This document shows positions 60,361-64,000 of a DNA stretch of 64,000 nucleotides, one piece after another. Numbering within the stretch: the stretch's first letter is position 1; each line of letters opens with the position of its first letter. Both the position numbers and the translations under genes were made by a program. The stretch spans positions 34,163-98,162 of IMG/VR virus record IMGVR_UViG_3300037104_000756; one strand, 5' to 3'. The notes under the pieces are model-generated. The model was not told where the DNA came from. It ran no database searches and saw only the letters and a list, made by a program, of their open reading frames with translations. Source of the stretch: a virus.

Positions 60361-60923
60361 TGGACATGGGTCATGATATTTAAACAATCAAACCAAGGAG
60401 CGATAGGGTCGGCGACCTTGGCGGTCGCATACTCTTCAAACTTAACTTTAGGCTCTTTCTTAATTGCAACCGTCCAAATCAGCGGCAGGAGCAGCAGTAA
60501 ACGCGACACCATCTACGATTGATTGGGTATTCGGACAAGCCAACGGGCAGGAGTTAGTTTTGCGGGGGGGTGGGCGAGTTTTTTGGTATCTTAATGAGCG
60601 CCGTCGGAACAACCCCCATCATGGATGTTTGCATAGAATGGACGGAGGAGTGATATGTCACTGGTTTACGTGTACGCACTACTAGTTGTGATTCTCGGGT
60701 TAGAAATTCACCTCGCGGTCAGCGTGGGATATCTGGTCACTCTCGCGCGCCAGGAGCCGAACATCGCGGCTTCGCCAGTGACTCCTGAACTTCCTGCAAC
60801 TCCTGCGACGTGCGGGTCCTGCCATCGCGCGGTCGCTCGATATACCATAACCGAGACGGGGATCGTCTGCGTGAACTGCAAACCTTTGCCGAAATAAGAC
60901 TTCACATTTCATAGGTAGAGGGA

Positions 60924-61820
60924 TTGCGCATGGCCCATAGTTTAGGTGCTGCTTTGTCTGGATTGAAATCCCCAGGAGCAGGTCACACCCCTGTTGGCGC
61001 TCACGGGCGCGCGGCAGTACGGGCGCTCGGTCGCACAAAAACGACAGGCAACTTTGCAAAGATTGAAAAAGCTAAGGGTCGGGGAGCCGCTATCGGCGCG
61101 TATCAGAATGCTTTGAAAGCGCATAAGGGATAATCCAAATGCCGCAGAATGACGCAATCACCAAAGCTTTATCTAGTGCGAAGTCTGCGCTTGGACACGC
61201 AAACGCCACTTTCCCTAGTTCTGCGGTGAGTACGCCTGCCAAGACGGCGGTAGCTGCAGCGGTTCCAAAGGCAGCATCGATAGGCGAGGAACTGAACGCA
61301 AAAAAGGCCAACGTCGACCAATATATGAAGACGCTGCCTAAGCTGCACAAGGGCGGTCCAGTCCTGAAGACAGGAGCGTACCAATTGAAGGCAGGCGAGC
61401 ATGTGCTCACCATGTCCGAGGCGGCAACAGCGCGCAAGCACGCAATTATGGCGAGTGGAGTGAAATCTTTGGCGAGACCAGGGAAAGCAAAAAAATCCTA
61501 GAGGAGTTGTTATGATCAAAGCAATTGGAAATAGCGGACGTGAAAAGGCACCCACACCGAAGTCGGTGATGGTGTTCAAAGGTATTAAAGGGTTGGTTGC
61601 ATCGGGACCAGGGACAAAGAAAACCCCTGTGATACCGAAAGTGCGCCCAGAGCAAAACGAAGGTGCGAAGATTCCGCAGGACGCAATGAAGAAGACTCCA
61701 ACCATGACTCCCGCGAAGACCGCCATGAAGACGGTCAAGAGTGGGAGAGTCAGCGTCGCCCCGGGGATTCGACCCGAAGGCGCAATAAAACGGGATAGCG
61801 CGAGCGTGATTAAGCCTTAA
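60924..61820 (+). other. Three small basic Lys/Ala-rich proteins (60924/60930-61133, 61139-61501, 61512-61820)
   Basis: Very basic and low complexity; LHKGGPV motif; downstream of an RGACT promoter. Confidence 0.55.
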
Positions 61821-61823
61821 TTT

Positions 61824-62378
61824 GTGGTAAAACGGGGCTGGAGGACATTCATGAGAGCGCCGTTCAAAGATATGACAGGGCAACGGTTTGGAAAACTGGT
61901 TGCGCAAGGGGCTTTTGATCTGGTGGGGCATAATCGTCCTTGGATTTGTGAATGCGACTGTGGAAACATCACTACGGTTTTCGCGCACACTCTTCGTAGA
62001 GGAAGAACCAAAAGCTGCGGAGAATGCACAATGCATGGGCATCGGCAACCGGGAGTCGCAGCGAGAAATCAAGTTTGGCATCAGTACAAGTCCAGTGCAT
62101 CGAAACGAAAAGTGGTTTGGGGTTTAACGGCTGAAGACTTTGATCGGTTGACGGGGCTGCCGTGCAGGTACTGCGGAATACCGCCGTCGAAAGTGGAGTC
62201 GGGACCCAACGGCACATTCATTTATAGCGGAATTGATCGCGTAGATAACAAGCGGGGGTACTTAGTGAACAACACAGTGCCCTGCTGTCGGACATGCAAT
62301 CAAGCCAAGCACTGTATGAACGTGGATGATTTTTTGAGTTGGGCAAGACGAGTGGAAAAATTTAACGAGGTGAATTAA
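61824..62378 (+). CDS. HNH homing endonuclease
   Basis: DMTGQRFGKLV..W.CECDCG...KSCG; CRYCG...GIDRVDN.RGY...N.VPCC.TCN.AK. Confidence 0.88.
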   Translation: MVKRGWRTFMRAPFKDMTGQRFGKLVAQGAFDLVGHNRPWICECDCGNITTVFAHTLRRGRTKSCGECTMHGHRQPGVAARNQVWHQYKSSASKRKVVWGLTAEDFDRLTGLPCRYCGIPPSKVESGPNGTFIYSGIDRVDNKRGYLVNNTVPCCRTCNQAKHCMNVDDFLSWARRVEKFNEVN

Positions 62379-62379
62379 C

Positions 62380-63006
62380 ATGGGCATTCCGAGGACGATT
62401 GGTGCAGTTTCTGTAGGGGCTCTTCCCCCCACTCCCGTATACACGGGCTCAGTGCTCGCGGCTGCAAGTTTCAGTATTTTGAGTGGGATTGCTACGATTG
62501 TCCTTACGCCGACGATCCCAACCACCGGCTATAATGGCGCAAATGGGTATCCAATCCAGAATGCTACAACTAAATCACAGTTTGATATCCATGGAGGAGT
62601 CGCTCCCGGTATTTCTGGAATGGGACAACAGGTCACCCTCTGGGGTTTTACCACCGCGACATATTTCAATGGGAAAACCGTCACCGTTTTGGATTGCAAT
62701 CCGGCAGCGAATTCATTCCGATTCTATTTCAATCACGCGGATGTGAATTCGACAGCGGATGCAGGACATACAGCAGCCTCGCCGTTTCAACACTATCGAG
62801 TTGTGCGTCTTGAATGCTCTCTGACCTTGGGCACCGACCTGATTTATGTCGGCGATCTCAACGTCAGTTCAACTCGATATTTCGCTGTTCTTTCTTTGAC
62901 AGGTCAATTCTCTATCGAAATTGCGAGTGAAAACATTCCAGCAGATCGCATCTGGATCACCGGCACCGGAGCATCAGATAGCGTTCAGGTCAGTTTGATT
63001 TACTAA
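62380..63006 (+). CDS. Putative virion structural protein
   Basis: Beta-rich; GQQVTL.GFTTATYFNG module resembles the inserts in 16452. Confidence 0.5.
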   Translation: MGIPRTIGAVSVGALPPTPVYTGSVLAAASFSILSGIATIVLTPTIPTTGYNGANGYPIQNATTKSQFDIHGGVAPGISGMGQQVTLWGFTTATYFNGKTVTVLDCNPAANSFRFYFNHADVNSTADAGHTAASPFQHYRVVRLECSLTLGTDLIYVGDLNVSSTRYFAVLSLTGQFSIEIASENIPADRIWITGTGASDSVQVSLIY

Positions 63007-63018
63007 CGAGGGGTTTTC

Positions 63019-64000
63019 ATGGCGGTTATAGGCGGAACAGAAATCTGTGCATCGTTTCGAATTGGCGCAAGTAGTGTGGTCGCGTCTATCAATGGTTTGA
63101 CTGGTGCGGTCATTCTCGCTGCTGGTACCGGGATCACTCTCACGCCAGCGGGAAATACGATTACGATTGCCAGTACGGGAATTACCGGCAGTGGGTCAGC
63201 AGGGCAGGTAGCTATTTTTAACGGCAGTGGTGTACTCATAAGTAGCGCCGGTTTTGAAGCTGTAGGGGCATCAATCCAAATAGGGAACATTGGCGCAGGA
63301 CCTGCTCTCATTCAATTTCTAGGCACAACCAGTGGGGCGGCAGCGATTGGTGTGGCAGCTATTGCAGGGTCATCCAATCTAATTCTTCTGCCTCTTGCTT
63401 CAGGAACTATCGGTCAAGTTCTAAGTACTGATGGGAACAGTCCTCAGCAAACCAGTTGGATTTCAGCAGTCACCAGCCTAAATGGCCTTACGGGAGCGGT
63501 TATTTTTGCGGCGGGAAGCGGGGTCACACTGACTCCAGTGGGAAATACGGTCACGATTGCCAGCGCGGGATTGGCGGCGACTGGCGTAGTTCAAGTCGCT
63601 GCTGTGCAGCTATCTGCAGCCCAAATGTTGGCTCTAGCTACGACACCTGTGACGCTGATAGCCGCGCCCGGATCAGGATTTGCCATCATCCCCATACATG
63701 TTGGGTTTCGAGAGCACTTCGTCAGTGCCGCGTATGTAGTGACTGGTGCAAATTTATCTATACTCTATGCTAATGGGCAATCACCTGCAAATGGGATGGG
63801 CTCTTTTGGTTCGGGAACGGGTGTTCTGGATCAGACTTCCAGCCGATCTAGAATGTTTGCAGCCACCGCCAGCAGCGGAATTACTGTCAACTCCAACGCC
63901 GATAATCAAGCTTTACAAGTTCAAAATGTGGGTACTGCCTATACCACAGGAGATGGACTTGTGACCTTTGTTGTGGATTATATGATCGTTCCTAGCTCAC
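63019..64000 (+). CDS. Tail-fibre-like protein (runs off the window; not in the ORF track)
   Basis: SD GAGGGG, ATG at 63019; repeated S(I/L)NGLTGAVI.AAG.G.TLTP.GNT.TIAS. Confidence 0.65.
   Translation, partial: MAVIGGTEICASFRIGASSVVASINGLTGAVILAAGTGITLTPAGNTITIASTGITGSGSAGQVAIFNGSGVLISSAGFEAVGASIQIGNIGAGPALIQFLGTTSGAAAIGVAAIAGSSNLILLPLASGTIGQVLSTDGNSPQQTSWISAVTSLNGLTGAVIFAAGSGVTLTPVGNTVTIASAGLAATGVVQVAAVQLSAAQMLALATTPVTLIAAPGSGFAIIPIHVGFREHFVSAAYVVTGANLSILYANGQSPANGMGSFGSGTGVLDQTSSRSRMFAATASSGITVNSNADNQALQVQNVGTAYTTGDGLVTFVVDYMIVPSS

Noticed and set aside
1-64000. CRISPR array, integrase/att site, alternative genetic code
   Set aside because: No spaced direct-repeat array or recombinase seen; long genes read through in the standard code and use all three stops.

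Overview
A 64-kb segment of a large tailed-phage genome, probably podovirus-like and infecting a Gram-negative host. No portal, large terminase, major capsid protein or integrase is recognisable in the window. In order it holds: nucleotide metabolism (thyX, compact class II-type ribonucleotide reductase); a GH108 endolysin; a virion block (paralogous fibre proteins, one with an inserted DUF3494 ice-binding domain, then adaptor- and nozzle-like tail proteins, a GNAT protein and ejection proteins); a minus-strand operon ending in a sigma-region-4/HTH + NusG (NGN-KOW) fusion; three exported Ig/FN3 proteins; a circularly permuted (two-piece) tmRNA gene; about 15 kb of small accessory ORFs around a ~0.8-kb non-coding region; a serine protease, groEL and groES; a TerS-like gene; and more virion-type genes. 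At least seven free-standing nuclease genes of homing-endonuclease type are scattered through it. Two recurrent promoter classes are visible. Six minus-strand sigma70 promoters have an RGTAC-N4-GTACY palindrome abutting the -35 box. About 12 plus-strand RGACT-N8-YATARN elements precede mostly structural genes. The best candidates for new biology are the sigma4-NusG fusion with this promoter cascade, the permuted phage tmRNA, the ice-binding fibre and a possible donor-strand Ig fibre. All protein calls come from recognising motifs by eye; no searches were run.
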